From IMG/VR virus record IMGVR_UViG_3300008516_000159: a DNA stretch of 64,000 nucleotides; one strand, 5' to 3'. A program made the position numbers and the translations under genes. Origin of the DNA: a virus. The notes under the pieces were generated by a model. That model was not told the origin of the DNA and searched no databases. It saw only the letters and a list, made by a program, of their open reading frames with translations. Of the stretch, positions 55,953-64,000 are shown in pieces (the first letter of the stretch is position 1; every line of letters starts with the position of its first letter).

Positions 55953-56411
55953 GTGCCTGAATACGTGGTTGTGATAGACAGAGGCGGGTTAGATACTGTT
56001 ACTGAGATCCCTGCTGGTGCCGCTTATAAAAGTAAACCAACCGATATGATAGCCAAGAAGGCTGGGCTTGTTATAGGATCGTTTGAGCGAGAAGAAGTTG
56101 AGGATCCAAAAAATCCTAGCGTTACCGCATTCAAAGCCTACGAAAGAATAGTCAAGGGAGTTACTAAAGCGGGTATGAATTTGGGTCAGGCCTTGTCTAT
56201 GATGAACATGCGCGCAATGACACATTCGGGTGGCGATTATCTGCAACTAAAGGTAAAAATGCCATCATCTGAAATGAAGCGAATACGCTCCATGGATTCC
56301 CATGATGGAGCTTTAGAGGCTATGATGAGAGCAACCACCGTTATGCATGGCCGTAAGGATGATTTGCCAAAGTGGATGAAGAGAATGGAAATCGAAAAGG
56401 AAATGAAGTAA
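55953..56411 (+). CDS. Hypothetical protein
   Basis: GTG start with AGGAG RBS. Confidence 0.6.
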   Translation: MPEYVVVIDRGGLDTVTEIPAGAAYKSKPTDMIAKKAGLVIGSFEREEVEDPKNPSVTAFKAYERIVKGVTKAGMNLGQALSMMNMRAMTHSGGDYLQLKVKMPSSEMKRIRSMDSHDGALEAMMRATTVMHGRKDDLPKWMKRMEIEKEMK

Positions 56412-56421
56412 GGGGAGACAA

Positions 56422-57456
56422 ATGAACCTCGAGGAACTAAGAGATTGGGTGCGCCGAAAATTGGGTGCTCCGGTTATTAGAGTAGAACTAACGGATGAAC
56501 AAATAAATGATGCTTATAATACGGCCGTCGACAAATACCTATATTTCAGAAGGCCACGCGAAGATTATTACTACTTTCAGACGACCCCTGGTCAAGTTGC
56601 TTACGGGCCTCCAGATGAGTTTGTAACTTACGAAGAGTCGGTACAATCTCTTTCGGATTTGCCAACGGACAACACCTTGGGCGACGTTGGATACGTCAGA
56701 AATGAAACCAAGTATTATGAATGGGCCTATGATGAAATGATAAGCTCGAAATCATATTGGAAGTTGTTGGATCCAGATCCAACTGGAACTCCAGACGTCA
56801 TAGCGGATACGTTTTTAGGGTTGCCACAAGACAACAAGGCTAATGACGTAAGAGAGGTTTTTGCGGAAGACGCTCAATACGTGTGGTCCGATGAAGGCAA
56901 TCCTGGTGTGTATTCGTGGCAGCTGTTCGATCAAGCTTCGTCTGTTCCGTTGGATGTTCTTTCTACAGTTCGCGAAATAGTTTATCAACCTACACTGGAT
57001 ATAATAAATCAATTGATACAATCTCAATCAGATTTCTTTTTGGCGTATTATTACAGAAGAAGCGGCGGCATGTATGTTGCTGATTTATGGATTGCCGCGG
57101 CCGCAAAAGAAGATTTCAATTTGGTATTAGGTTTGCAACCTACGTGGGAAGTACTGAACAACAAACTGTATCTGTATCCAGAACCACAGGCTGTTTTAAA
57201 AGTTGGAGTTAAATACATGGTGATTCCAACTGAAGAAGAACTGGCGTCTGAAGAGTGGGTTACAAAAGCCACTTTGGCTTTGTCAAAACAAACACTGGGA
57301 ATGGTTCGCAGAAAATACTCAAGTATACCAGGTCCGGCCGGCGAAGGTATCTCTCTGGATGGTCAGATCCTTCTCGACGAAGGCAAGGCAGAGTGGGAAT
57401 TTTTGCTTAATGATGCGGTTCAGCGTGGCGAACCATTGTCTTTTAGTGTAGGTTAA
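56422..57456 (+). CDS. Neck/head-tail adaptor protein (T4 gp13-like) with inserted module
   Basis: RRKLGAPVIRVELTDEQI, WV...T.ALSK..LG.VR.KYSSIPGP....SLDG..LL.EG..E. Confidence 0.85.
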   Translation: MNLEELRDWVRRKLGAPVIRVELTDEQINDAYNTAVDKYLYFRRPREDYYYFQTTPGQVAYGPPDEFVTYEESVQSLSDLPTDNTLGDVGYVRNETKYYEWAYDEMISSKSYWKLLDPDPTGTPDVIADTFLGLPQDNKANDVREVFAEDAQYVWSDEGNPGVYSWQLFDQASSVPLDVLSTVREIVYQPTLDIINQLIQSQSDFFLAYYYRRSGGMYVADLWIAAAAKEDFNLVLGLQPTWEVLNNKLYLYPEPQAVLKVGVKYMVIPTEEELASEEWVTKATLALSKQTLGMVRRKYSSIPGPAGEGISLDGQILLDEGKAEWEFLLNDAVQRGEPLSFSVG

Positions 57457-57458
57457 AA

Positions 57459-57710
57459 ATGGAACTGTATTATTCGCTTAATGATACTATTATAAGTCGT
57501 CCCGTAGCGGGCATAATTAATCGTAAAGGTATCGTAGATACGGACTCGATTAAAGGTGATTATATTAACGTAGCACACCCGGGCAAAGTACTTTTCAAAA
57601 AAGATTCTAGTTCTTTTTCTGTTAAACAGTTCGAAGCGGATTTTATAAAAGCCACAAAAGAAATAGTTGTAAAAGAAATGTTTGAGCGGCCAGAATATGG
57701 AACTGTATAG
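57459..57710 (+). CDS. Small protein, C-terminal helix family
   Basis: Starts MELY; ends KEIVVKEMFE. Confidence 0.55.
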   Translation: MELYYSLNDTIISRPVAGIINRKGIVDTDSIKGDYINVAHPGKVLFKKDSSSFSVKQFEADFIKATKEIVVKEMFERPEYGTV

Positions 57711-57927
57711 TCGTGTTAATCGTCACAAGGATGAAATGTCATTATCTCTTCACAGACCAAGAGTGCGTAAGCAAGAATGGGTTTATACTGAATACGTTTT
57801 CTTTGGTATCACTGGCCCACCGACGCACGAAAGAAATATTGGCATAAGAGAGATTGTTCTAAGAGAAAATTTCAAAAAAAGCGACAAGAAAGATGTCGTG
57901 ACCGCCATGTTTGATGTGATGTTATGA
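57697..57927 (+). CDS. Small protein, C-terminal helix family
   Basis: Starts MELY; ends KKDVVTAMFD. Confidence 0.55.
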   Translation: MELYSRVNRHKDEMSLSLHRPRVRKQEWVYTEYVFFGITGPPTHERNIGIREIVLRENFKKSDKKDVVTAMFDVML

Positions 57928-58289
57928 AATATATAATAATTGATCCAGGTCAGGTCTATGTATATGGTTTTGGTAACTTAAGAGACGTTAAGGATTTAAG
58001 CACAAAGATCTTGGCTGTTTTAGATAAATACAGTAATGCCGCCAGCAAATACATGAAGGTTGGCGAAAGTATGGATGCGACTATGCTTCAGGCCTGGGAT
58101 TTTTTAGCGCGCAAAGTTCAGCACGCAAGCGCTATGAGAGGCAAGATGGCTTATCTTTTGGCGGACCATGGAACCAAGGAATATATATACGTTAATGAGT
58201 TGGGACTCGAGCAAGAGGACGTCGTCGATAAAAAAGATCACATAAAGAATATATTCGAACGCGTTCATGTCCTAGAGGATGGATTATAA
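57924..58289 (+). CDS. Small protein, C-terminal helix family
   Basis: Ends KKDHIKNIFE. Confidence 0.6.
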   Translation: MKYIIIDPGQVYVYGFGNLRDVKDLSTKILAVLDKYSNAASKYMKVGESMDATMLQAWDFLARKVQHASAMRGKMAYLLADHGTKEYIYVNELGLEQEDVVDKKDHIKNIFERVHVLEDGL

Positions 58290-58310
58290 ATGATTTTCGG
58301 AGGAATTTCA

Positions 58311-58580
58311 ATGGATTTAAATAATTTTTTGTCTAAGCTTAATACGGAACTCGGTCTTGAAGAAGCCGACGTTCCTCCAACATTTCCTGGCGCAAAGGTA
58401 TCGAAAAAGAAAAAAACTGAGTTAATCAAAAGGGCCAGAAAGGGCGAGGACCTCGGCAAGAAAGGCAAAGGGTTCAAGAAAATTGCCGCAGCCGCCGCAA
58501 AGAAATATGGTTCCAAAGAGGCGGGCGAACGTGTGGCCGGTGCGCAATTCTGGAAAATGGCAGCAAAAGGTAAAATCTAA
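58311..58580 (+). CDS. Basic internal head protein candidate
   Basis: MDLNNFL...GLEE|A; KRARKGEDLGKKGKGF.KIA..AAKKYGSKEAG..VAGA..WK motif. Confidence 0.65.
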   Translation: MDLNNFLSKLNTELGLEEADVPPTFPGAKVSKKKKTELIKRARKGEDLGKKGKGFKKIAAAAAKKYGSKEAGERVAGAQFWKMAAKGKI

Positions 58581-58636
58581 CGAGAAGTAATCGCTATTAT
58601 TTTTAAAAGTACCCCATAATAGCGCGGAGGAAAAAA

Positions 58637-59062
58637 ATGGCAAACGTAATGAGTATTCTCAAGAAAATATGGAAGTATTTGGATCTAGCTCTGGTCGCGG
58701 TTCTCGCTCTACTCGCGGCGTTCGGTATGATATCTCTCAAGAAAAAGCTGCAACAAGATAAAGATGACGAAGGTGTCGTAACTCCTGATGAGATAAAACC
58801 GGGTACTGATGTTGTTGAGCCTGACAAATTTGACCCACAGCCGGATAATCCATTCGATGATGATTATACGGTTGTAACTCCAGCTGGTGATGAGATTGAT
58901 ACCCCAATACCTGATGACAAGATAGAGGAGATCATACAACCAGAAGGTCACATTATAGACATAAAACCAAAGCACGAAAAGAAGTCGAACAGTCTGCTTG
59001 ATAAAATCAAGAAATACAAAGCAGACATAATAGCGGCAAAAGGTTACGACCGGGACGAATAA
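58637..59062 (+). CDS. Membrane-anchored acidic Pro/Asp-rich protein
   Basis: N-terminal TM; PD-rich linker. Confidence 0.65.
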   Translation: MANVMSILKKIWKYLDLALVAVLALLAAFGMISLKKKLQQDKDDEGVVTPDEIKPGTDVVEPDKFDPQPDNPFDDDYTVVTPAGDEIDTPIPDDKIEEIIQPEGHIIDIKPKHEKKSNSLLDKIKKYKADIIAAKGYDRDE

Positions 59063-59063
59063 G

Positions 59064-59300
59064 ATGTACATGAACATGAGACGTGAGGGAAATCAATTGA
59101 TTGGTTTCGTTATCCGGGTATTAGTACCGATAATTGGACCCGATGGAACCGATAAGGTAAACATTGAGCTTGTCGCATTTGATCCCGACGGAGGCGTAAG
59201 GATTCGAGAACAAAGCATTCCTTATGGATACCTTACCTCGTCTCTGCTAAAAAAAGTGAACAAGAAGCAGATTATCTCTAAAATGATGGAGTTTTTTTAA
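59064..59300 (+). CDS. Small protein, C-terminal helix family
   Basis: Ends KKQIISKMMEFF. Confidence 0.55.
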   Translation: MYMNMRREGNQLIGFVIRVLVPIIGPDGTDKVNIELVAFDPDGGVRIREQSIPYGYLTSSLLKKVNKKQIISKMMEFF

Positions 59301-59314
59301 ATAGGAGTAAAAAA

Positions 59315-59992
59315 GTGAAAAAACTAATATTAATTTTGGCGGCTTTGCTATTGTTTGTTATGCCGCTATTCGCAGAGGAAGTCATAATCAATGACGAAAG
59401 TATACAATCAACTAAAGAAAATTATGAGCTCGGCCTTAGGATGTTGACGCAGGACGATCTCACAGAGTTGCAAAAAGAAGAGCTTATAAAGGATTTTGCA
59501 GATGCTTTAACCAAACTGTGGGTCCTTGAGAATGCTACCGTTAAGAACGGTATGTTTACTTTATATCTGGACGGCTCAGATATGTTTATTGACAAACAAG
59601 GTAACCTATACTTCGAAGCAGAATCTATGGGTTATATTAAAATAGGCAATGATGAATATAACCTCGAAGGCGACCTGGTGATTCTTACCGAATACGAAGC
59701 CTTGGTGCCAGAGACAGAGTCCAAGGGTATACTTCAAATAGCCCCTAAAATGGGCGTTGTGATAATTACTGACCTGAAGAGGGTTGATTTCGACGTAGTC
59801 TTTTTTATCCAATTACTTAAGATCAAAAAGATAAATACAGATATAGGCATCGGCTTCCGTAGCGGCGGCCTCAGAGTTTCCTATCAAATTACGGATAATT
59901 TTGACATAGGCATCTATGGTGGCATCGGTTACCCGAGAGAAGATTTGAAATGGCGCCCTGTTGTAGGTCTGGGTGCAGCTTTTAAGTTCTAA
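59315..59992 (+). CDS. Exported protein with C-terminal outer-membrane beta-strand signature
   Basis: Signal peptide ...PLFA|EE; amphipathic strands; terminal Phe (GLGAAFKF). Confidence 0.6.
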   Translation: MKKLILILAALLLFVMPLFAEEVIINDESIQSTKENYELGLRMLTQDDLTELQKEELIKDFADALTKLWVLENATVKNGMFTLYLDGSDMFIDKQGNLYFEAESMGYIKIGNDEYNLEGDLVILTEYEALVPETESKGILQIAPKMGVVIITDLKRVDFDVVFFIQLLKIKKINTDIGIGFRSGGLRVSYQITDNFDIGIYGGIGYPREDLKWRPVVGLGAAFKF

Positions 59993-60005
59993 CAGGAGTT
60001 ATATA

Positions 60006-60368
60006 ATGGAAAGAGAAACTGATAAGTTTCGCGAAATAGCTGAAATGTATGGGCCCGGAATGATGGGTCTGAAACTCGATCCCGAAATGGAAAACCCAGA
60101 AGCGTCAGCTTTTTATAAGAAACTGGACAGTCTCAGCAGCACGGTCAACGAGTTGAGAGGCGCTGTCAGGAAGCTTGAGGGCGCCGAGAACGAAGAAGAC
60201 GAAGCTCTTTACAGATCTATCGCCAAAAAGTATGCTGATCTTATCGATAGAGTATGGACAAACACCAGAGCGCAGATGGTTAAAATGTGCTCGATGGATA
60301 CAGAAAAGCCAGAAGGCGAGCCGGAAGTTCAACAACTAGTTTTAAAGCAGATAAAAACCGAAGACTAA
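60006..60368 (+). CDS. Hypothetical protein
   Basis: AGGAG RBS before MERETD. Confidence 0.6.
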   Translation: MERETDKFREIAEMYGPGMMGLKLDPEMENPEASAFYKKLDSLSSTVNELRGAVRKLEGAENEEDEALYRSIAKKYADLIDRVWTNTRAQMVKMCSMDTEKPEGEPEVQQLVLKQIKTED

Positions 60369-60380
60369 TTGGGGTGCAAA

Positions 60381-61646
60381 ATGAGTGGGACATTAATAAA
60401 TCTTGCCAATCAAACAAGCGAAGAAGAGTTCAACGCCAAGGTTGAAAATGCGTTAATAAACTCAGACGCGCATGATGTTATCTCTGATTTCATTGAGTTT
60501 GATATCGTCAACGGCCACGACCATAATGGGGTTAACGCGAAACTGGTGACATGGAACAACCTAAGCGGTGTTCCTGATGTCTTCGCGCCTGATGTTCATA
60601 GCCACAATTCACACACTAGCATAGGGTTGAGTGATCATCACGACTATTTAAGTACCGGTTATGCTATAGTTCCCGCTAGCGTTTCCGTCACGTCTTATGT
60701 AGAAGCGCCTGACGGCTCAACAATTAGGTTCGGCGATACCACATTGGGAGTCAAAGTAGAATATGATGATGTGTTGTCTGGTCTTGTTATTAAAGACTGG
60801 GGAAGCGGAACTTCAGGTCTTTATATCTTGAGTTCCATAGCCTCAACGACAATCGAGTCGCCTACTATTAACATAGGCTCTACTTCATCCAACTTGTATT
60901 TTAAAACCGCCAATTTAAATGCTACCAGTTGGAGTGTCACAGGTACTGGCGCGGCTTCTTTTCTCACCGTCAATGGGGTAACAATAGGCACCAGTGGGAT
61001 AACCGGAGTCAGCTATTTCAATGAAGTAGAAATTTTATCGTCTGGCACTCACAGCAAGATCCAGGTTGGCAACGCCACTTATCAAATCAGTCATTCTACA
61101 CACGCACAAAATACAGATGTTGGTACAACCAATTCTAAATTCAGAGTATATCAAGGTGGTAACCCATTAATAATCGCATCTGACGATTATTCAGAACCGA
61201 CAGCGTCTGAAGCTGCTATATATAACGATATAAACGTAAACGAGGCTTTGGTTATTGCCGGTAATAACTCTTCTGGCACCGGCAAAAAGATTATTATGCA
61301 TGATGATGTTCTGGTATCGGGCTTAATCACTTCCGCCGGCAAGACTGTTGTAACATATAGCGGACCTGCCTCAGCGTTAATAACTGATAATTCTACGATG
61401 CAGCGAATTAGAATAGGCGGCTGTCTGATTCAGTGGGGTACCACAAGCGGAACCGGCTGGAAGACGGTTACGTTTTCCCAGGTATACTTAAGCGCTCCGG
61501 CAGTAAGCGCAAGCTGCACCGACAGCAGCGCGTCCGATTATAGAACAAGAAACGTAACTATTACAGGTTTTGATGTAAAAGCCGTTAGTGGTATCGGCGA
61601 CGATGTTAGTGCAGATCTATCCTGGACAGCTATTGGAAATGGTTAA
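60381..61646 (+). CDS. Tail fibre-like protein with C-terminal gp53/H-lectin-like domain
   Basis: GHDHNG..HSH; GGCLIQWG...TVTFSQVY...PAV...W.AIG. Confidence 0.75.
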   Translation: MSGTLINLANQTSEEEFNAKVENALINSDAHDVISDFIEFDIVNGHDHNGVNAKLVTWNNLSGVPDVFAPDVHSHNSHTSIGLSDHHDYLSTGYAIVPASVSVTSYVEAPDGSTIRFGDTTLGVKVEYDDVLSGLVIKDWGSGTSGLYILSSIASTTIESPTINIGSTSSNLYFKTANLNATSWSVTGTGAASFLTVNGVTIGTSGITGVSYFNEVEILSSGTHSKIQVGNATYQISHSTHAQNTDVGTTNSKFRVYQGGNPLIIASDDYSEPTASEAAIYNDINVNEALVIAGNNSSGTGKKIIMHDDVLVSGLITSAGKTVVTYSGPASALITDNSTMQRIRIGGCLIQWGTTSGTGWKTVTFSQVYLSAPAVSASCTDSSASDYRTRNVTITGFDVKAVSGIGDDVSADLSWTAIGNG

Positions 61647-61658
61647 GGAGTTAATTAA

Positions 61659-62072
61659 ATGAAGCTTAAAAAAGCAATACATGAGCAGAGCAAGGAAAAT
61701 CTGGAAGTTTTTGCAAAGGACCTAAAGTTCTATCCGGCACCTGAAGCAATGTATGAGCCTAAAAAAGGCGACAAAGGAACAAATGGCGCCGAGACGACCA
61801 TGTCTGGTAAATACGCCAATCCTGATAACGAGGAGTTGGTTGTCGCAATAGAGAGACATTGCATGCTTGGTAACTTCGCAAAAGCAGAAGAGCTTATGAA
61901 AGAGCATTGGGATGAACTGAGTGTGCAGGATCTTAACCGTCTCATCCAGTTTTCCAAGTTCATTCATGGCGAGAACATTAGAAGCCTTGCTGATAAGAAA
62001 GAAAAACCGCCGTACGAAAAGTTCGGCCCTAGAATAATAAAGGTGATACAGAAAAAATTAGCACCAAAATAA
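61659..62072 (+). CDS. Internal head protein candidate
   Basis: MKLKKAIHE|Q. Confidence 0.6.
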   Translation: MKLKKAIHEQSKENLEVFAKDLKFYPAPEAMYEPKKGDKGTNGAETTMSGKYANPDNEELVVAIERHCMLGNFAKAEELMKEHWDELSVQDLNRLIQFSKFIHGENIRSLADKKEKPPYEKFGPRIIKVIQKKLAPK

Positions 62073-62077
62073 AAACT

Positions 62078-62722
62078 ATGATATTTATAATATGTGCAAC
62101 AGGGTCGTCGGTCAATGGCCTTGATTGGGAGAAACTTACACAATACAAAACCATAGGGTTTAACCAGTTTTTTCGCAAGGGAATACCGACAGACTATTAT
62201 TACATTTATGACAAAATGTGTATTCTTCGCGAAAACCCCAATTTCACGACAGTACTGAACGAGTGGCCGGGTACCACCTTTTTCATCGACAAAAGAGTTC
62301 CACTGCCGGATAAATTTCGCAAGAATACTAACATAGTTCGTACCATTTCGTGCTCGGTAACGAAAGAAGAGATCGCGAGGTTCGATAAGCACTGGGCTAA
62401 AACAATCGACGATGAATTGTACATTAACAAAAGTAGCGTTACTGCTACTATCAATTTGGCTCATATATTCGGCGCCAGTGATATTTATATAGCTGGTCTT
62501 GATGGATACGGTGGTTATTTTTACCCTCACAAGAAAAACCGATATGAGACTCGGCTTCATGATTCGTTAATTCATTATCCCAAGTATGGCACCTTGGCGA
62601 GAAGTCTGAAACACATTATCGAGCACCTCAAAGACAATCACATAAATGTTTATAGTCTTAATCCCAAGAGCTTCTTTGTTCAGAAAAAGATAATGACGTT
62701 TAAAATGCCGTGGGAAGAGTAA
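62078..62722 (+). CDS. GT42/Maf(DUF115)-like glycosyltransferase (putative sialyl/nonulosonyl transferase)
   Basis: IICATGSS...IGFNQF and SSVTATINLAHIFGASDIYIAGLDGY parallel CstII IIAGNGPS...CNQF and SG..M.AVA.ALGYKEIYLSGIDFY. Confidence 0.7.
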   Translation: MIFIICATGSSVNGLDWEKLTQYKTIGFNQFFRKGIPTDYYYIYDKMCILRENPNFTTVLNEWPGTTFFIDKRVPLPDKFRKNTNIVRTISCSVTKEEIARFDKHWAKTIDDELYINKSSVTATINLAHIFGASDIYIAGLDGYGGYFYPHKKNRYETRLHDSLIHYPKYGTLARSLKHIIEHLKDNHINVYSLNPKSFFVQKKIMTFKMPWEE

Positions 62723-62763
62723 ATGGCACAGACCCTGATTCGCTGGTTTTATAGGAGTAACAA

Positions 62764-63981
62764 ATGGCAAGAACGGAATTAAAAGCCGACCAAATAGAAG
62801 AGACATCGTTTGATGACGCCGTCAACACTGCAGTAACTACAGGTACATCTTCTGACGCTGTGGTCAACACAGCTGGCGACATTATGTCGGGAGATCTGGT
62901 AGTTCCTAATTTAGAAGTAACCGGAGACATAGACGCGGCAACAATTATTACTCTTAATTCTGGTCAAACTGGCGCAGCCTCTTTAGATGGAAATATTACA
63001 ATAGAAAGAGGTGATGATACTGATTCTAAATTGAGATGGAATGAAACAGACGACACTTGGCAATTTGATTTAGGAGATGGTGTTTCTAGAAATATATCTA
63101 CATTCACAAGCGCTGCTTCTTTTCCATCTCCAGCAAAAGCAGGAATGGTTTGTTGGAGGACAGATGAAGAAAAATTATACACACACAATGGTACATCATG
63201 GGAAAGTTGTATAACTCAAACAGTTACAAATGGCGTTACAAACAGGGTACCGTCAGAAGATGCTGTTTATGATGCAATCGACGCTCTATTCACAAGCGCT
63301 ACTTCTTTTCCATCTCCAGCAACAGCAGGAATGGTTTGTTGGAGGACAGATGAAGAAAAATTATACACATACAATGGCACATCATGGGAATTAGATGGGG
63401 GAAGTTGTATAACTCAAACAGTTACAAATGGCGTTACAGACAGAGCGCCGTCAGAAGATGCTGTTTATGATGCAATCGACGCTCTGCTGCCCATAGGTAT
63501 CGTTCTTCCGTATGGTAAAGCTGGGCAGATCGCGAATGTGGCTTCACGCTCGGTACAAATAGGTGATGACGGTAGTGATGTCATATCGATGCCGGGATGG
63601 TATGTCTGCAACGGTAATTCTGGTACACCGAATCTCATAGATAAGTTTATCAGAGGCGAAAGTACGGTAGGAAATATTGATGGAAGCGACAGTGCAACTC
63701 ATAATCATACCACACCTGCCCACTCTCATGGTGCGGGTAGTTATTGGGCCAAGATAGGACATGAAACCGACAATTTGTGTAACGTGCCTGTTGGAAACAC
63801 TTTTACGTCTGTTGGTCACCTCGACTGTGATTCTCCACAAGCTGCCAATAGGACTAATGTTCAGGGAAGTGATATTGCTGGTACTTCATCAACAGAGAGT
63901 CCGACTACGAATAATAACACGGTGGCAACTGACAACAGACCGGCTTATTATAGTCTAATTTTCATTATAAGGATATCATAA
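62764..63981 (+). CDS. Tail fibre-like protein with collar-like domain
   Basis: ITIERG...LRWNETDDTWQ; LPIGIVLPY...PGWYVCNG..GTPNL.DKFIRG. Confidence 0.8.
   Translation: MARTELKADQIEETSFDDAVNTAVTTGTSSDAVVNTAGDIMSGDLVVPNLEVTGDIDAATIITLNSGQTGAASLDGNITIERGDDTDSKLRWNETDDTWQFDLGDGVSRNISTFTSAASFPSPAKAGMVCWRTDEEKLYTHNGTSWESCITQTVTNGVTNRVPSEDAVYDAIDALFTSATSFPSPATAGMVCWRTDEEKLYTYNGTSWELDGGSCITQTVTNGVTDRAPSEDAVYDAIDALLPIGIVLPYGKAGQIANVASRSVQIGDDGSDVISMPGWYVCNGNSGTPNLIDKFIRGESTVGNIDGSDSATHNHTTPAHSHGAGSYWAKIGHETDNLCNVPVGNTFTSVGHLDCDSPQAANRTNVQGSDIAGTSSTESPTTNNNTVATDNRPAYYSLIFIIRIS
63103..63486 (+). repeat. 186-bp (62-aa) intragenic tandem duplication; second copy has a 12-bp (LDGG) insertion
   Basis: FTSA.SFPSPA.AGMVCWRTDEEKLYT.NGTSWE...SEDAVYDAIDAL twice; copies start at 63103 and 63289. 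Confidence 0.9.
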
Positions 63982-64000
63982 AGAAAGAAAAAGACACACG

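Noticed and set aside
1-64000. Stop-codon reassignment
   Set aside because: Core genes are intact in code 11, and all three stops end bona fide genes (TAA for RNR, TAG for terminase, TGA for the fibre)

Overview
This is a 64 kb segment of a large T4-like (myovirus) phage genome in the standard genetic code (TAA, TAG and TGA all end genes). It contains a minus-strand tail/neck block (tube, sheath, gp15-like, gp14-like, a fibre) and a plus-strand head block (sigma-like factor, terminase, portal, protease, scaffold, major capsid). It also has a class II ribonucleotide reductase, an HTH initiator-like gene with internal iterons, dispersed fibre genes, a gp13-like neck gene, and long accessory regions (NADAR, RtcB, SLOG, radical SAM, M23 peptidase, nucleotidyltransferase, many small ORFs). 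No tRNA, rRNA, CRISPR array, integrase or reverse transcriptase was recognised. The most striking unannotated element is a ~115-nt intergenic transcription unit at 54064-54178 (minus strand) with its own sigma70-type promoter and terminator. Its hairpin loop is a perfect 16-nt antisense to the major capsid protein ribosome-binding site, which makes it a candidate trans-acting early sRNA controlling late translation. Other highlights: a putative sialic/nonulosonic-acid glycosylation kit (NeuA, GT42/Maf-like transferase, HAD phosphatase); a large set of proteins with T4-like capsid-targeting N-termini, including enzymes; a family of small variable ORFs sharing a C-terminal basic helix; and a stand-alone MshEN-like protein. 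All product calls come from motif recognition by eye; no database searches were run.
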